From Heptranchias perlo (Eukaryota): DNA of 64,000 nucleotides. A model generated the notes under the pieces. That model worked only from the letters and a program-made list of their open reading frames with translations. It searched no databases and was not told the DNA's origin. A program made the position numbers and the translations under genes. Shown here piece by piece: positions 21,656-35,120 of the stretch. The DNA lies in assembly GCF_035084215.1 (NCBI RefSeq), contig NC_090367.1:9054001-9118000 (forward strand), given 5' to 3'. Position 1 is the first letter of the stretch. Each line of letters begins with the position of its first letter.

Positions 21656-24545
21656 CTCTGGCACTTGTGAGGGTCAGATTGAGTGATTGGCCCAGGCTGC
21701 TGAAGAAGGCTGATGGACATTTACCAGGAGATGCTGGGTGAATTGGGCAGTCTGTCAGATGCACAGAGCTTGGAGAAGTCTAGCTCCAACTTGTCTCAAG
21801 GCTTCACGTGGCGTAGGGAGACCATTCTGTCCAACGTGGAGCGAGCGGTCAGCTCTATCAGCACCACAGTGGCACCCACTATGATGGGGTCTCTCCAGGT
21901 AACCTCTCACAGCTGCTGTGGAAGCTCAGACAGCTGCCATCTCGGCTTCGGGGGCCAGTGCTGACAGAGGCTTCACCTCACTACTGCACTCTGTTCTCCA
22001 GCAGAGCCCGAAGAGGGCCCAGGCCCAGGAGAGTGGCCTTGGCTCCATGGGAGAGGCACATACTGCCCTCTCCCAGGATAACATCACACCTGTTTCCACC
22101 CCCCCCACCCTGCAACCATCCACTCCGCCAGTGCCCTTGGTGCCACACGCCCAGCTGGGCCAGCCTTCCGGCCCAGGCCGAGAGGCTGCAGTCTGTAGCC
22201 GGGCCCTCGAGGCCCAGAGCTGCTCCTGGTCGCCCATCACGCCCACCTGAAGGGTCCTCAATGGAAGCTGGGCAGCCTCCCACCTCCCGAGCTGCAGCTA
22301 CTGGGAAAACACCTTGTAGGTTAGGGAAAGGAACACACAGAACAGGCACTAAGGTTGATGCATAATTATTTATTAATGGAGCAATGCATTGTGACAATAT
22401 TTGATTTTTGTTCTGGATTTGGTGTTGGCGTTTACCTCTGTTGTGAAGTGAGGGCTCATCCCAAACGTTGGCCTGAAGGAAGGAATCGGATGGTGGGAGT
22501 AAGGACAGTGGTGAGAGTGGCTGTGGGACTGTTGGTGTCCTGGGGACGGAAGGGGTGGCTTAGGGAGAGTGCTTCTCGATGAGCTGGCCTCTGAGAGCTT
22601 GGGCATGTAGGCGCACTGCTGGTCGATGCTGCTCCTGGTGCACCTCTTGCTGCCCAGGTGATGGTAAATGACTGGTCCCTCGTGATGGCGAAGTGTGGAG
22701 CAAGCAGTGGACGACCACAGATCTGGACACCCGCTCAGGGCTTCACTGCGGTTCTCCTCCGGAACGGTCCAGACAGCGGGAGCGTTGCTTTGAACACGCC
22801 AATTGTTTGCTCGGTGAGATTCCTTGTGGCAGCTTGGCTCTCGTCGTACTGCACCTCTGTAGCTGTGCTCGAGTCCCTGACAGGAATCTTGAGCCATGAC
22901 CAGAGGGGATAACCCTTGTCACCCAGTAACAAGCTTGCAACCTGCTTGTGGTCGCAAACCAGCTGGAAACTGAGGGAGGGGAACCCCTTGCGATTGATAA
23001 AGGTGCCAGGCTGGTGATGGGGAGCATTAGGGCAATGTGAGTGCAGTCAATGGCAACCTGCACCCTGGGCAAGCCTGCCATGTGGACGAGGCCGAGTGAT
23101 CTCCCGACCTGCTTCGCTCTGTCCATGGGGAAGGAGATGTAGGTGTTCCTCCTGTTGCAGAGTTTTGGAGCCCTCCCTGATACCGCGGTGCACTGCGAAC
23201 TGGGAGATGACGCTGATGTCACCTGCTGCAGCCTGGACGGAGCCCGTGACGTAAAGGTTAAAGGTCACGGTGACCTTGACAACCAGAGGCAGTGCTGTCC
23301 GTAGCTTGGTGCGAGGCTGGAGTTGTGGCTGCCGCAGGTGATATATCTCAGTGACAGCCTCCTAGTGAACCGAAGGCGCCTTATACACTGCTCCTCAGTC
23401 AAGTTAATGGAGTAGATGTGCTCCCTGAAGACCTGCTGTGGTTATGGCCTCCTGCAGAGTGCCCTCTTGGCCCAGCTGCTCCTGCTGCCTCCAGTCTTCC
23501 TAGCTGCTCCCCCCTTGTCCTCCAAAGGCAGCCCTATCAGATCACCAATGCCTGAGGGTCAAACTGTTTATAAGGCAGCTAACCACAGTATAACATCAGC
23601 AAAAACCTCTTCTCCGTGTCATAAGGACCTTTCCAGAGTCAGAAAACAGGCCAAAAAACACCCAGAACTTAACCAGCAGCCTGAAAGGGTAAACCAGCAA
23701 CTAACCTGTAAGTAGTGGATGGTCCCTTTAACTAGTGCTAGTGAAAGGGTCCCTTTCAGCCTGTTTATCACATGGTGAGTCAGGCACTGGGGCAGACCAA
23801 TATCAGAATGGGGTCCTCCAGCAAGGGTGGGACCCTTATTTATATAAGTTATTAAACTTCAGTTCATCCAAAACTCTGCTGCCCTCGTATCCTAACTCGC
23901 ACCAAGTCCCGTTCACCCATCACCCCCTGTGCTCGCTGACCTACATCGGCTCCCAGTCCGGCAACGCCTCGATTTTAAAATTCTCATCCTTGTTTTCAAA
24001 TCCCTCGCCCCCCCTCCCTATCTCTGTAACCTCCTCCAGCCCCTACAACCCTCTGAGATCTCTGCACTCCTCCAATTCTGGCCTCTTACTCATCTCCGAT
24101 TTTCATCGTTCCACCATTGGCGGCCGTGCCTTCAGCTGCCTGGGCCCTAAGCTCTGGAATTCCCTCCCTAAACCTCTCCGCCTCTCTCTCTCCTCCTTTT
24201 AAGACGCTTCTTAAAACCTACCTCTTTGACCAAGCTTTTGGTCACCTGTCCTAATATCTCCTTATGTGGCTCGGTGTCAAATTTTGTTTGATAATCGCTC
24301 CTGTGAAGCGCCTTGGGACGTTTTACTACGTTAAAGGAGCTATATAAATGCAGGCTGTTGTTGTTATTCACGGCTTTAAATAGTTCTGGCGTGTGCTCTG
24401 GACGGCGACAGTAGAGCCCGATCCAATATGGCGGGCGGCGCACTCAGGGCTTGAAATAAGCCTGCGTTTCCTGCCCGCCATATTGGAGGTTTATGTGCCC
24501 ATTTAGCGCCCGGTAACCAGGTGCGGTGTGATCAAATTTCTCAGC
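21656..24545 (-). mobile_element. Degraded PIF/Harbinger transposon (transposase pseudogene on minus ~22500-23500; convergent second-gene remnant on plus ~21660-22365)
   Basis: GLPRVQVAIDCTHIAL, LLGDKGYPL, EQTIGVFK, RCLDRSGG motifs in shifted frames, homologous to 38377-39572; interrupted by the L2 at 23859-24366. Confidence 0.8.
23859..24366 (+). mobile_element. L2 LINE 3' fragment
   Basis: LADLHRLPVRQRLDFKILILVFKSL; GGRAFSCLGPKLWNSLP; tail TATATAAATGCAGGCTGTTGTTG. Confidence 0.9.
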
Positions 24546-24814
24546 TTCTAACTCCTGTAACTGTATTTTAACACTCGATGCAATGTAAATTGGTTCAGGG
24601 TAAATGTTTAACCATCAACTGTAATTAACAATGCTCAGAGCTGGAACTGACTCAACTTCCAGTAAGCGATGTTTGTGGCATGATCATTTGGTGATAAGAG
24701 ATAATTAACCATCAAACTGGGGTTAATTACAGGAAAACATAGACCAATAGATTGCAGCATCTCGGCAACCCTCCCATTCAACCTGATCCTGAGCCCTGCT
24801 CCTCGTCTCTCCCC

Positions 24815-26272
24815 ACTCCCCACCTCTCTCCCAGTCCCTCTCTCTCTCCCCCACTCCCTCTCTCTCTCTTCCCCCCACTCCCTCTCTCTCTCTTCCCCCA
24901 CGCCCTCTCTCTCTCTTCCCCCCACTCCCTCTCTCTCTCTTCCCCCCACTCCCTCTCTCTCTCTTCCCCCCACTCCCTCTCTCTCTCTTCCCCCCACTCC
25001 CTCTCTCTCCCTCACCCCCACTCCTCTCTCTCTCTTCCCCCCACTCCCTCTCTCTCTCTTCCCCCCACTCCCTCTCTCTCTCTTCCCCCCACTCCCTCTC
25101 TCTCTCTTCCCCCCACTCCCTCTCTCTCCCTCACCCCCACTCCCTCTCTCTCTTCCCCCACTCCCTCTCTCTCTCTTCCCCCCACTCCCTCTCTCTCTCT
25201 TCCCCCCACTCCCTCTCTCTCTCTTCCCCCCACTCCCTCTCTCTCTCTTCCCCCCACTCCCTCTCTTCCCCCCACTCCCTCTCTCTCTCTTCCCCCCACT
25301 CCCTCTCTCTCTCTTCCCCCCACTCCCTCTCTCTCTCTTCCCCCCACTCCCTCTCTCTCTCTTCCCCCCACTCCCTCTCTCTCTCTTCCCCCCACTCCCT
25401 CTCTCTTCCCCCCACTCCCTCTCTCTCTCTTCCCCCCACTCCCTCTCTCTCTCTTCCCCCCACTCCATCTCTCTCTCTTCCCCCCACTCCCTCTCTCTCT
25501 CTTCCCCCACTCCCTCTCTCTCTCTTCCCCCCACTCCCTCTCTCTTCCCCCCACTCCCTCTCTCTCTCTTCCCCCCACTCCCTCTCTCTCTCTTCCCCCC
25601 ACTCCCTCTCTCTCTCTTCCCCCCACTCCCTCTCTCTCTCTTCCCCCCACTCCCTCTCTCCCTCTCTCCCCCCCACTCCCTCTCTCTCTCTTCCCCCCAC
25701 TCCCTCTCTCTCTCTCACCCCCACTCCCTCTCTCTCACCCCCACTCCCTCTCTCTCTCTCACCCCCACTCCCTCTCTCTCTCTTCCCCCCACTCCCTCTC
25801 TCTCTCTTCCCCCCACTCCCTCTCTTCCCCCCACTCCCTCTCTCTCTCTTCCCCCCACTCCATCTCTCTCTCTTCCCCCCACTCCCTCTCTCTCTCTTCC
25901 CCCCACTCCCTCTCTCTCTCTTCCCCCCACTCCCTCTCTCTCTCTTCCCCCCACTCCCTCTCTCTCTCTCTTCCCCCACTCCCTCTCTCTCTTCCCCCAC
26001 TCCCTCTCTCTCTTCCCCCACTCTCTCTCTCTTCCCCCACTCCCTCTCTCTCTCTTCCCCCACGCCCTCTCTCTCTCTTCCCCCACTCCCTCTCTCTCTC
26101 TCTTCCCCCACTCCCCCTCTCTCTCTTCCCCCACTCCCACTCTCTTCCCCCACTCCCTCTCTCTTCCCCCACTCCCTCCCTCCCTCTCTCTCTTCCCCCA
26201 CTCCCTCCCTCTCTTCCCCCACTCCCTCCCTCTCTCTCTTCCCCCACTCCCTCTCTCTCTCTCTTCCCCCAC
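24815..26272. repeat. CT-rich minisatellite, ~19-25 bp unit (CACTCCCTCTCTCTCTCTTCCCCC)
   Basis: Nearly pure polypyrimidine tandem array. Confidence 0.95.
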
Positions 26273-26323
26273 CTCCTGGTCTGTTGCTGATTTTGAAGAG
26301 CTGCCTAACATCTAGTCTATTAA

Positions 26324-26539
26324 AAACAATTTTACAACACCAAGTTATAGTCCAGCAATTTTATTTTAAATTCACAAGCTTTCGGAGGCTTCCTCCTTCG
26401 TCAGGTGAACGATGTGAAAATGACGAAGGAGGAAGCCTCCGAAAGCTTGTGAATTTAAAATAAAATTGCTGGACTATAACTTGGTGTTGTAAAATTGTTT
26501 ACAATTGTCAACCCCAGTCCATCACCGGCATCTCCACAT
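26324..26539. mobile_element. Palindromic mini Penelope-derived element, copy 3
   Basis: Inverted arms; flanking direct repeat ACATCTAGTCTATTAA at 26308-26323 and 26536-26551; hammerhead-like core at 26371-26409 (minus). Confidence 0.85.
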
Positions 26540-27124
26540 CTAGTCTATTAAGAGTAGGCTCTTGCACAGTTTAACCTCATGTTCCCTGGTCCTCCCCAAT
26601 CTGTCAAACTGTCATTATTGACAGCTCTCCCCTCAGTCCCATTCCCTAACCCTTTCCCCATTCAGCCCATCGCCCCTGTGCCCTCTCTCTGAAAGACCTA
26701 GCCCCTCAGTCCCATTCCCCTACCCTTTCCCCAGACCCTTTTAAGTTATTATGTTCAAATATTTCTCCCCTTCCCTTTTGAAAGCTGTTGTGGATTCTGC
26801 TTCTCTCAGTGTTTCTGGTCGGACAGTCCATGTCCTAACAACCCTCTGTGCATAAAAACATTCTCCTAAGCTCTCCCCTCATTCCATAGGTGATGATTTT
26901 AAATTGATCCCCTCGTTACCCACTCACCGACCAGTGGAAATAGTTTTTCCTGATTAACTTATCAAAACCGCTCAGGATAGTGAATCTCTCCTGCACCATC
27001 TCCTACCGTCCTAGGGCTCCTGAAACTGGTCACAATTCTGTTCCGGTTATCCTGGCACTCAATGGAGTACAATCGGGAGATTGGGCACCACGGTCCGAGA
27101 TTTGTCCCTAATTTTTCACACAGT

Positions 27125-27707
27125 CCCATCTGCTGCCGAAACCCTTGTCCGTGCCTTTGTTACCTCTAGACTCGACTATTCCAAAGCTCACCTGGCCGGC
27201 CTCCCATCTTCCACCCTCCTTAAACATGAGCACATCCAAAATTCTGCTGCCCCCGTATCCTAACTCGCACCAAGTCCCGTTCGCCCATCACCCCCTGCGC
27301 TCGCTGACCTACACTGGCTCCCGGTCCGGGAACGCCTCGATTTTAAAATTCTCTTGTTTTCAAATCCCTCCATGGCCTCGCCCCCTCCCTATCTCTGTAA
27401 CCTCCTCCAGCCCGACAACCCTCCGAGATCTCTGTGCTCTTCCAATTCTGGCCTCTTGCCCATCCCCGATTTTCATCGCTCCACCATTGGCGGCCGTGCC
27501 TTCAGCTGCCTGGGCCCTAAGTTCTGGAATTCTCTCCACCTCTCTCTCCTCCTTTAAGACGCTCCTTAAAACCTACCTCTTTGACCAAGCTTTTGGTCAC
27601 CTGTCCTAATATCTCCTTATGTGGCTCGGTGTCAAATTTTTGTCTGATAATCGCTCCTGTGAAATGCCTTGGGACGTTTTACTACGTTAAAGGCGCTATA
27701 TAAATGC
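27125..27707 (+). mobile_element. L2 LINE 3' fragment
   Basis: AETLVRAFVTSRLDYS..LAGLP; GGRAFSCLGPK; L2 tail. Confidence 0.9.
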
Positions 27708-27734
27708 TACAACTGCCCTGGGAATGTTTGATGG

Positions 27735-29390
27735 GGCAGTTTGCAACCAGAAGTGCCGAGTGGATGATCCATCTCGGCCTCCTCCCGATAGCCCCACCAT
27801 CACAGAAGCCAGTCTTCAGCCAATTCAATTCACTCCACGTGATATCAAGAAACGGCTGAGTGCACTGGATACAGCAAAGACATGTGCTCCAGAACTAGCT
27901 GTGCCTCTAACCAAACTGTTCCAGTACAGCTACAACACTGGAATCTACCTGACAATGTGGAAAATTGCCCAGGTATGTCCTGTCCACAAAAAGCAGGACA
28001 AATCCAATCTGACCAATTACCGCCCCATCAGTCTACTCTCAATCATCAGCAAAGTGATGGAAGGTGTTGTCGACAGTGCTATCAAGTGGCACTTACTCAC
28101 CAATAACCTGCTCACCGATGCTCAGTTTGGGTTCCGCCAGGACCACTCAGCTCCAGACCTCATTATAGCCTTGGTCCAAACATGGACAAAAGAGCTGAAT
28201 TCCAGAGGTGAGGTGAGAGTGACTGCCCTTGACATCAAGGCAGCATTTGACCGAGTGTAGTATCAAGGAGCCCGAGTAAAATTGAAGTCAATGGGAATCA
28301 GGGGGAAAACTCTCCAGTGGCTGGAGACATACCTAGCACAAAGGAAGATGGTAGTGGTTGTTGGAGGCCAATCATCTCAGCCCCAGGGCATTGCTGCAGG
28401 AGTTCCTCAGGGCAGTGTCCTAGGCCCAACCATCTTCAGCTGCTTCATCAATGACCTTCCCTCCATCATGAGGTCAGAAATGGGGATGTTCGCTGATGAT
28501 TGCACAGTGTTCAGTTCCATTCGCAACCCCTCAGATAATGAAGCAGTCCGTGCCCGCATGCAGCAAGACCTGGACAACATTTAGGCTTGGGCTCATAAGT
28601 GGTAAGTAACATTCGCGCCAGACAAGTGCCAGGCAATGGCCATCTCCAACAAGGGAGAGTCTAACCACCTCCCCTTGACATTCGACGGCATTACCATCGC
28701 CGAATCCCCCACCATCAACATTCTGGGATCACCATTGACCAGAAACTTAACTGGACCAGCCATATAAATACTGTGGCTAGAACAGCAGGTCAGAGGCTGG
28801 GTATTCCGCGGCGAGTGACTCACCTCCAGACTCCCCAAAGCCTTTCCACCATCTACAAGGCACAAGTCAGGAGTGTGATGGAATACTCTCCACTTGCCTG
28901 GATGAGTGCAGCTCCAACAACACTCAAGAAGCTCGACATCATCCAGGACAAAGCAGCCTGCTTGATTGGCACCCCATCCACCACCCTAAACATTCACTCC
29001 CTTCACCACCGGCGCACTGTGGCTGCAGTGTGTACCATCCACAGGATGCACTGCAGCAACTCGCCAAGGCTTCTTCGACAGCACCTCCCAAACCCGCGAC
29101 CTCTACCACCTAGAAGGACAAGGGCAGCAGGCACATGGGAACAACACCACCTGCACGTTCCCCTCCAAGTCACACACCATCCCGACTTGGAAATATATCG
29201 GCTGTTCCTTCATCGTCGCTGGGTCAAAATCCTGGAACTCCCTTCCTAACAGCGCTGTGGGAGAACCTTCATCAAACGGACTGCAGCGGTTCAAGAAGGC
29301 GGCTCACCACCACCTTCTCAAGGGGCAATTAGGGATGGGCAATAAATGCCGGCCTGGCCTGCGACACCCACATCCTGTGAATGAATTAAT
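27735..29390 (+). mobile_element. CR1-group LINE (second family, Zenon-like 3' end), 5'-truncated with stops
   Basis: NYRPISLLSIISKVME, QFGFR, ALDIKAAFDRV, GVPQGSVLGP, MFADD; 3' end GGGCAATTAGGGATGGGCAATAAATGCC. Confidence 0.9.
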
Positions 29391-29854
29391 ACAAAAGTAG
29401 CGATGGAGGTAAAGGTCCCATTCCCTATTGCTCAGATCTTCTTGAAAAACAGAAAGACGTAGAATTAAAAATGAAGGTTGCCACCATTACAATTCCCGAC
29501 ACATGATTCCCGTCCCCTCCCCGTCCCACATTTTTTGCCCAAATACGAACGAGCAGCCGTCGGAGAATCGGATGAAAAGTGAAGCATCTTTCCCGGATTA
29601 GCTGCAGTTTACTTCCTGGCAGGGAGTGGGAAATGTTTCCTGTCGAGAGCCTGGGAACTAATTTACAGGAATAAAGATCGTGCAGAATTTCACTGAAATC
29701 CTTCAAAGATCCTCTTTAACAATATCACTTCCCTCTACAAGCTATTTTTGGATCCCTTTGCCCCGTCGGGGATGTTGTCTCACATATTGCTCAGCAGAAG
29801 TGAGCTCTACTACAGCACACCATAACTCGCATATTAATTGAGACAATGAATGAA

Positions 29855-30605
29855 AGACCTGCATTTATATATTTCACGTCTCAAAGCGCTTTACAGCCAA
29901 TGAAGTACTTTTGAAGTGTAGTCACCGTTGTAATGTGGGAAACGTGGCAGCCAATTTGCGCACAGCAAGATCCCACAAACAGCAATGTGATAATGACCAG
30001 ATCATCTGTTTTTTGGTGATGTTGGTTGAGGGATAAATATTGGCCCCAGGACACCGGGGAGAACTCCCCCTGCTCTTCTTTTGATAGTGGCCGTGGGATC
30101 TTTTACGGCCACCTGGGAGGGGCAGACAGGACCTCGGTTTAATGTCTCATCCGAAAGACGGCACCTCTGACAGTGCAGCACTCCCTCAGTACTGGCACTG
30201 GGAGTGACGGCCTGGATTTTTTTTATTGGTTCATGGGATGTGGGCGTCGCTGGCGAGGCCGGCATTTATTGCCCATCCCGAATTGCCCCTTGAGAAGGTG
30301 GTGGTGAGCCGCCTTCTTGAACCGCTGCAGTCCGTGTGGTGAAGGTTCTCCCACAGCGCTGTTAGGAAGGGAGTTCCAGGATTTTGACCCAGCGACGATG
30401 AAGGAACGGCCGATATATTTCCAAGTCGGGATGGTGTGTGACTTGGAGGGGAACGTGCAGGTGATGTTGTTCCCATGTGCCTGCTGCTCTTGTCCTTCTA
30501 GGTGGGAGAGGTCGTGGGTTTGGGAGGTGCTGTCGAAGAAGCTCAAGTCTCTGGAGTGGGGCTCGAACCCACGACCTTCTGACTCAGAGGTGAGAGAGAG
30601 AGAGA
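29855..30605 (-). mobile_element. Deu-domain SINE containing a nested LINE 3' end (30222-30540, minus)
   Basis: SINE body 29855-30220 and tRNA-like head 30541-30595 (GGGTTCGAGCCC B-box) are separated by a copy of the 29080-29390 LINE end. Confidence 0.85.
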
Positions 30606-30718
30606 ATTTGAGCCCATGACAGACATACCAGAGGTGAAGTATTGATTTTTTCAATTCCCTTTGATTGACAAGGCCTTTAATAGATTGAGTTTGGGAGAAA
30701 TTCTCCAAGTTACACTAA

Positions 30719-31280
30719 GCAACAACCTGCATTTATATAGCGCCTTTAAAGTTGTAAAATGTCCCAAGGCGCTTCACAGGAGCGATTATCAGACAAAATT
30801 TGACACCGAGCCACATATGGAGATATTAGGACTGGTGACCAAAAGCTTGGTCAAAGAGGTAGGTTTTAAGGAGCGTCTTAAAGGAGGAGAGAGAGGCGGA
30901 GAGGTTTAGGGAGGGAATTCCAGAGCTTAGGGCCCCAGGCAGCTGAAGGCACGGCCGCCAATGGTGGAGCGTTGGAAATCAGGAATGTGCGAGGGGTCAG
31001 AATTGGAGGAGCGCAGAGATCTCGGAGGGTTGTAGGGGCTGGAGGAGGTTACAGAGATAGGGAGGGGGGGCGAGGGATTTGAAAACGAGGATGAGAATTT
31101 TAAAATCGAGGCGTTCCCGGACCGGGAGCCGATGTAGGTCAGCGAGCACAGGGGGCGATGGGTGAACGGGACTTGGTGCAGAGTTAGGATACAGGGGTAG
31201 GGGGGGCAGCAGAGTTTTGGATGAGGTCGAGTTTGCAGTGGGTGGAGATGGGAGGCCGGCCAGGGGAGCATTGGAATGGT
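30719..31280 (-). mobile_element. L2 LINE 3' fragment
   Basis: Reverse complement of 23859-24366. Confidence 0.9.
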
Positions 31281-32008
31281 CAAAAAAAAACTGGGAGAAG
31301 CAGCTTGTCAGCAACCGCGACCGAGTGTCGCCGTTTCTCGTTCATCTCCTTTGTCACCAGGCAGAGGTAAACGGGGACTCTTTGTGCCAAGTCAGTCGGA
31401 TGCACTTCTGCTTTAAGTGTCAGTCAGTTGTTGTTGAAGAGCTTGTGAAATGTGCATGCGATTCGTGTTAGAGGGTCAACAGAGCGGCTCTCTTGCCAGA
31501 TCGAAGGACAAATTCGAAAGAAAAGGAGGAAACGAGACTCACTCGACAAAGAAGTGGTGGTTGCGTTGTGGAGCTTTGGGCCTGCACTGACACCGCAGGC
31601 CCAAACCTCGGATAGGTAGCTGCAGTTCTGCTTTCAGTCAGCCCGCCGTCCTGTTTACACAACCTTGGGTCCTGCTGCCCAGGAGAGGGTTCGGTGTACG
31701 GTGATACACGGCCATCTCCTCTCACAGCGCTCACATTCCAACCATAGGGGGGTGGTCTGTGCGTTGGCTGTACGTTTAGATTAACGGCAGGTTGATTTGC
31801 GAAGCGTCCAGGGCCCGGTTTGACATCGCTGCTGGACTTTTGGCCCGCCCGGTCTCCAACCCGGGCAGGGTGGGGCCGGCCTCCTCCGTAGGGCCTGAAA
31901 CCACTGCCCTCCAGAGTCGGCTCAGAGGCTTGCTGAGTGGCTCACACTCTCGCCTCTGAGTCAGAGTGTTCTGGGGTCAAGTCCCGCTCCGCAGACTTGA
32001 GCACAAAT

Positions 32009-32725
32009 TTACAGGGAATAGCGGACTGTACATATTACAGGGAATAGCGGACTGTACATATTACAGGGAATAGCGGACTGTACATATTACAGGCAATAGC
32101 GGACTGTACATATTACAGGGAATAGCGGACTGTACATATTACAGGCAATAGCGGACTGTACATATTAAAGGGAATAGCGGACTGTACATATTACAGGCAA
32201 TAGCGGACTGTACATATCACAGGGAATAGCGGACTGTACATATCACAGGGAATAGCGGACTGTACATATTACAGGGAATAGCGGACTGTACATATTACAG
32301 GGAATAGCGGACTGTACATATCACAGGCAATAGCGGACTGTACATATTACAGGGAATAGCGGACTGTACATATCACAGGGAATAGCGGACTGTACATATT
32401 ACAGGGAATAGCGGACTGTACATATCACAGGCAATAGCGGACTGTACATATCACAGGCAATAGCGGACTGTACATATTACAGGGAATAGCGGACTGTACA
32501 TATCACAGGCAATAGCGGACTGTACATATTACAGGGAATAGCGGACTGTACATATTACAGGGAATAGCGGACTGTACATATCACAGGCAATAGCGGACTG
32601 TACATATTACAGGGAATAGCGGACTGTACATATCACAGGCAATAGCGGACTGTACATATTACAGGCAATAGCGGACTGTACATATTACAGGGAATAACTA
32701 ACTGTACATATTACTGGGAATATCA
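32009..32725. repeat. 26-bp minisatellite, ~27 copies
   Basis: TTACAGGGAATAGCGGACTGTACATA. Confidence 0.97.
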
Positions 32726-32819
32726 GACAATAGAAAGAAATAAGAAATAGAAGCAGGAATAGGCCATAAGGCCCATAATACATCATAGAGAATAGCAGCA
32801 CCCTGTATGGAATATAGAG

Positions 32820-34893
32820 ACTAGCAGCCCCTGGGTATATTATAGGGAATAGCAGCCCCTGGGTATATTATAGGGAATAGCAGCCCCTGGGTATATTATA
32901 GGGAATAGCAGCCCCTGGGTATATTATAGGGAATAGTAGCCCCTGTGTATATTATAGGGAATAGCAGCCCCTGGGTATATTATAGGGAATAGCAGCCCCT
33001 GGGTATATTAGGGAATAGCAGCCCCTGTGTATATTATAGGGAATAGCAGCCCCTGGTATATTATAGGGAATAGCAGCCCCTGGGTATATTATAGGGAATA
33101 GCAGCCCCTGGGTATATTAGGGAATAGTAGCCCCTGTGTATATTATAGGGAATAGCAGCCCCTGGGTATATTATAGGGAATAGCAGCCCCTGTGTATATT
33201 ATAGGGAATAGCAGCCCCTGGGTATATTATAGGGAATAGCAGCCCCTGGGTATATTATAGGGAATAGCAGCCCCTGGGTATATTATAGGGAATAGCAGCC
33301 CCTGGGTATATTAGGGAATAGTAGCCCCAGTGTATATTATAGGGAATAGCAGCCCCTGGGTATATTATAGGGAATAGCAGCCCCTGTGTATATTATAGGG
33401 AATAGCAGCCCCTGGGTATATTAGGGAATAGTAGCCCCTGTGTATATTATAGGGAATAGCAGCCCCTGGGTATATTAGGGAATAGTAGCCCCAGTGTATA
33501 TTATAGGGAATAGCAGCCCCTGGGTATATTATAGGGAATAGCAGCCCCTGTGTATATTATAGGGAATAGCAGCCCCTGGGTATATTATAGGGAATAGCAG
33601 CCCCTGGGTATATTAGGGAATAGCAGCCCCTGTGTATATTATAGGGAATAGCAGCCCCTGGGTATATTAGGGAATAGCAGCCCCTGGGTATATTATAGGG
33701 AATAGCAGCCCCTGGGTATATTAGGGAATAGCAGCCCCTGGGTATATTATAGGGAATAGCAGCCCCTGGGTATATTAGGGAATAGTAGCCCCTGTGTATA
33801 TTATAGGGAATAGCAGCCCCTGGGTATATTAGGGAATAGTAGCCCCAGTGTATATTATAGGGAATAGCAGCGCTTGCGTATATTATAGGGAATAGCAGCC
33901 CCTGGGTATATTATAGGGAATAGCAGCCCCTGGGTATATTATAGGGAATAGCAGCCCCTGGGTATATTATAGGGAATAGCAGCCCCTGGGTATATTAGGG
34001 AATAGTAGCCCCTGTGTATATTATAGGGAATAGCAGCCCCTGGGTATATTATAGGGAATAGCAGCCCCTGGGTATATTAGGGAATAGTAGCCCCTGTGTA
34101 TATTATAGGGAATAGCAGCCCCTGGGTATATTAGGGAATAGCAGCCCCTGGGTATATTATAGGGAATAGCAGCCCCTGGGTATATTAGGGAATAGCAGCC
34201 CCTGGGTATATTATAGGGAATAGCAGCCCCTGGGTATATTAGGGAATAGCAGCCCCTGTGTATATTATAGGGAATAGCAGCCCCTGGTATATTATAGGGA
34301 ATAGCAGCCCCTGGGTATATTATAGGGAATAGCAGCCCCTGGGTATATTAGGGAATAGTAGCCCCTGTGTATATTATAGGGAATAGCAGCCCCTGGGTAT
34401 ATTAGGGAATAGTAGCCCCAGTGTATATTATAGGGAATAGCAGCGCTTGCGTATATTATAGGGAATAGCAGCCCCTGTGTATATTATAGGGAATAGCAGC
34501 CCCTGGGTATATTATAGGGAATAGCAGCCCCTGGGTATATTAGGGAATAGTAGCCCCTGTGTATATTATAGGGAATAGCAGCCCCTGGGTATATTAGGGA
34601 ATAGCAGCCCCTGGGTATATTATAGGGAATAGCAGCCCCTGGGTATATTAGGGAATAGTAGCCCCTGTGTATATTATAGGGAATAGCAGCCCCTGGGTAT
34701 ATTAGGGAATAGTAGCCCCAGTGTATATTATAGGGAATAGCAGCGCTTGCGTATATTATAGGGAATAGCAGCCCCTGGGTATATTATAGGGAATAGCAGC
34801 CCCTGGGTATATTATAGGGAATAGCAGCCCCTGGGTATATTATAGGGGATAGCAGCCCCTGGGTATATTATAGGGGATAGTAGCCCATGTATA
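32820..34893. repeat. 28/26-bp minisatellite, ~75 copies
   Basis: ATATTATAGGGAATAGCAGCCCCTGGGT with TA-deletion variants. Confidence 0.97.
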
Positions 34894-35120
34894 TAATCTG
34901 CTCCAACTCTCCTAGTTACAGGGGCACTTCCCCAAAAGTCCCCCCCACTCACCCCCACCACCGCCCCCCACCTCCCGGAGGGTGGAGTGACTGCATTCTG
35001 GGCCAGACCCCCACGGGCAGCAGGTCCTACAGCAGCAGCAGCAGCTGTACTTGTTGTCCAGGTGATTAAAAGGCCCGCAGTTGCCCCCACTTGGCTACCC
35101 TGCTGATGGGTACCACTTCT

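Noticed and set aside
24635..26311. Several long ORFs on both strands
   Set aside because: Artefacts of the CT-rich tandem array
30541..30595. tRNA genes (also 56700-56750 and 62745-62815)
   Set aside because: tRNA-derived SINE heads contiguous with Deu-SINE bodies; no full cloverleaf
32009..34893. CRISPR-like appearance of short regular repeats (also 21433, 48872, 63392)
   Set aside because: Head-to-tail units with no unique spacers, no cas genes, and a vertebrate context
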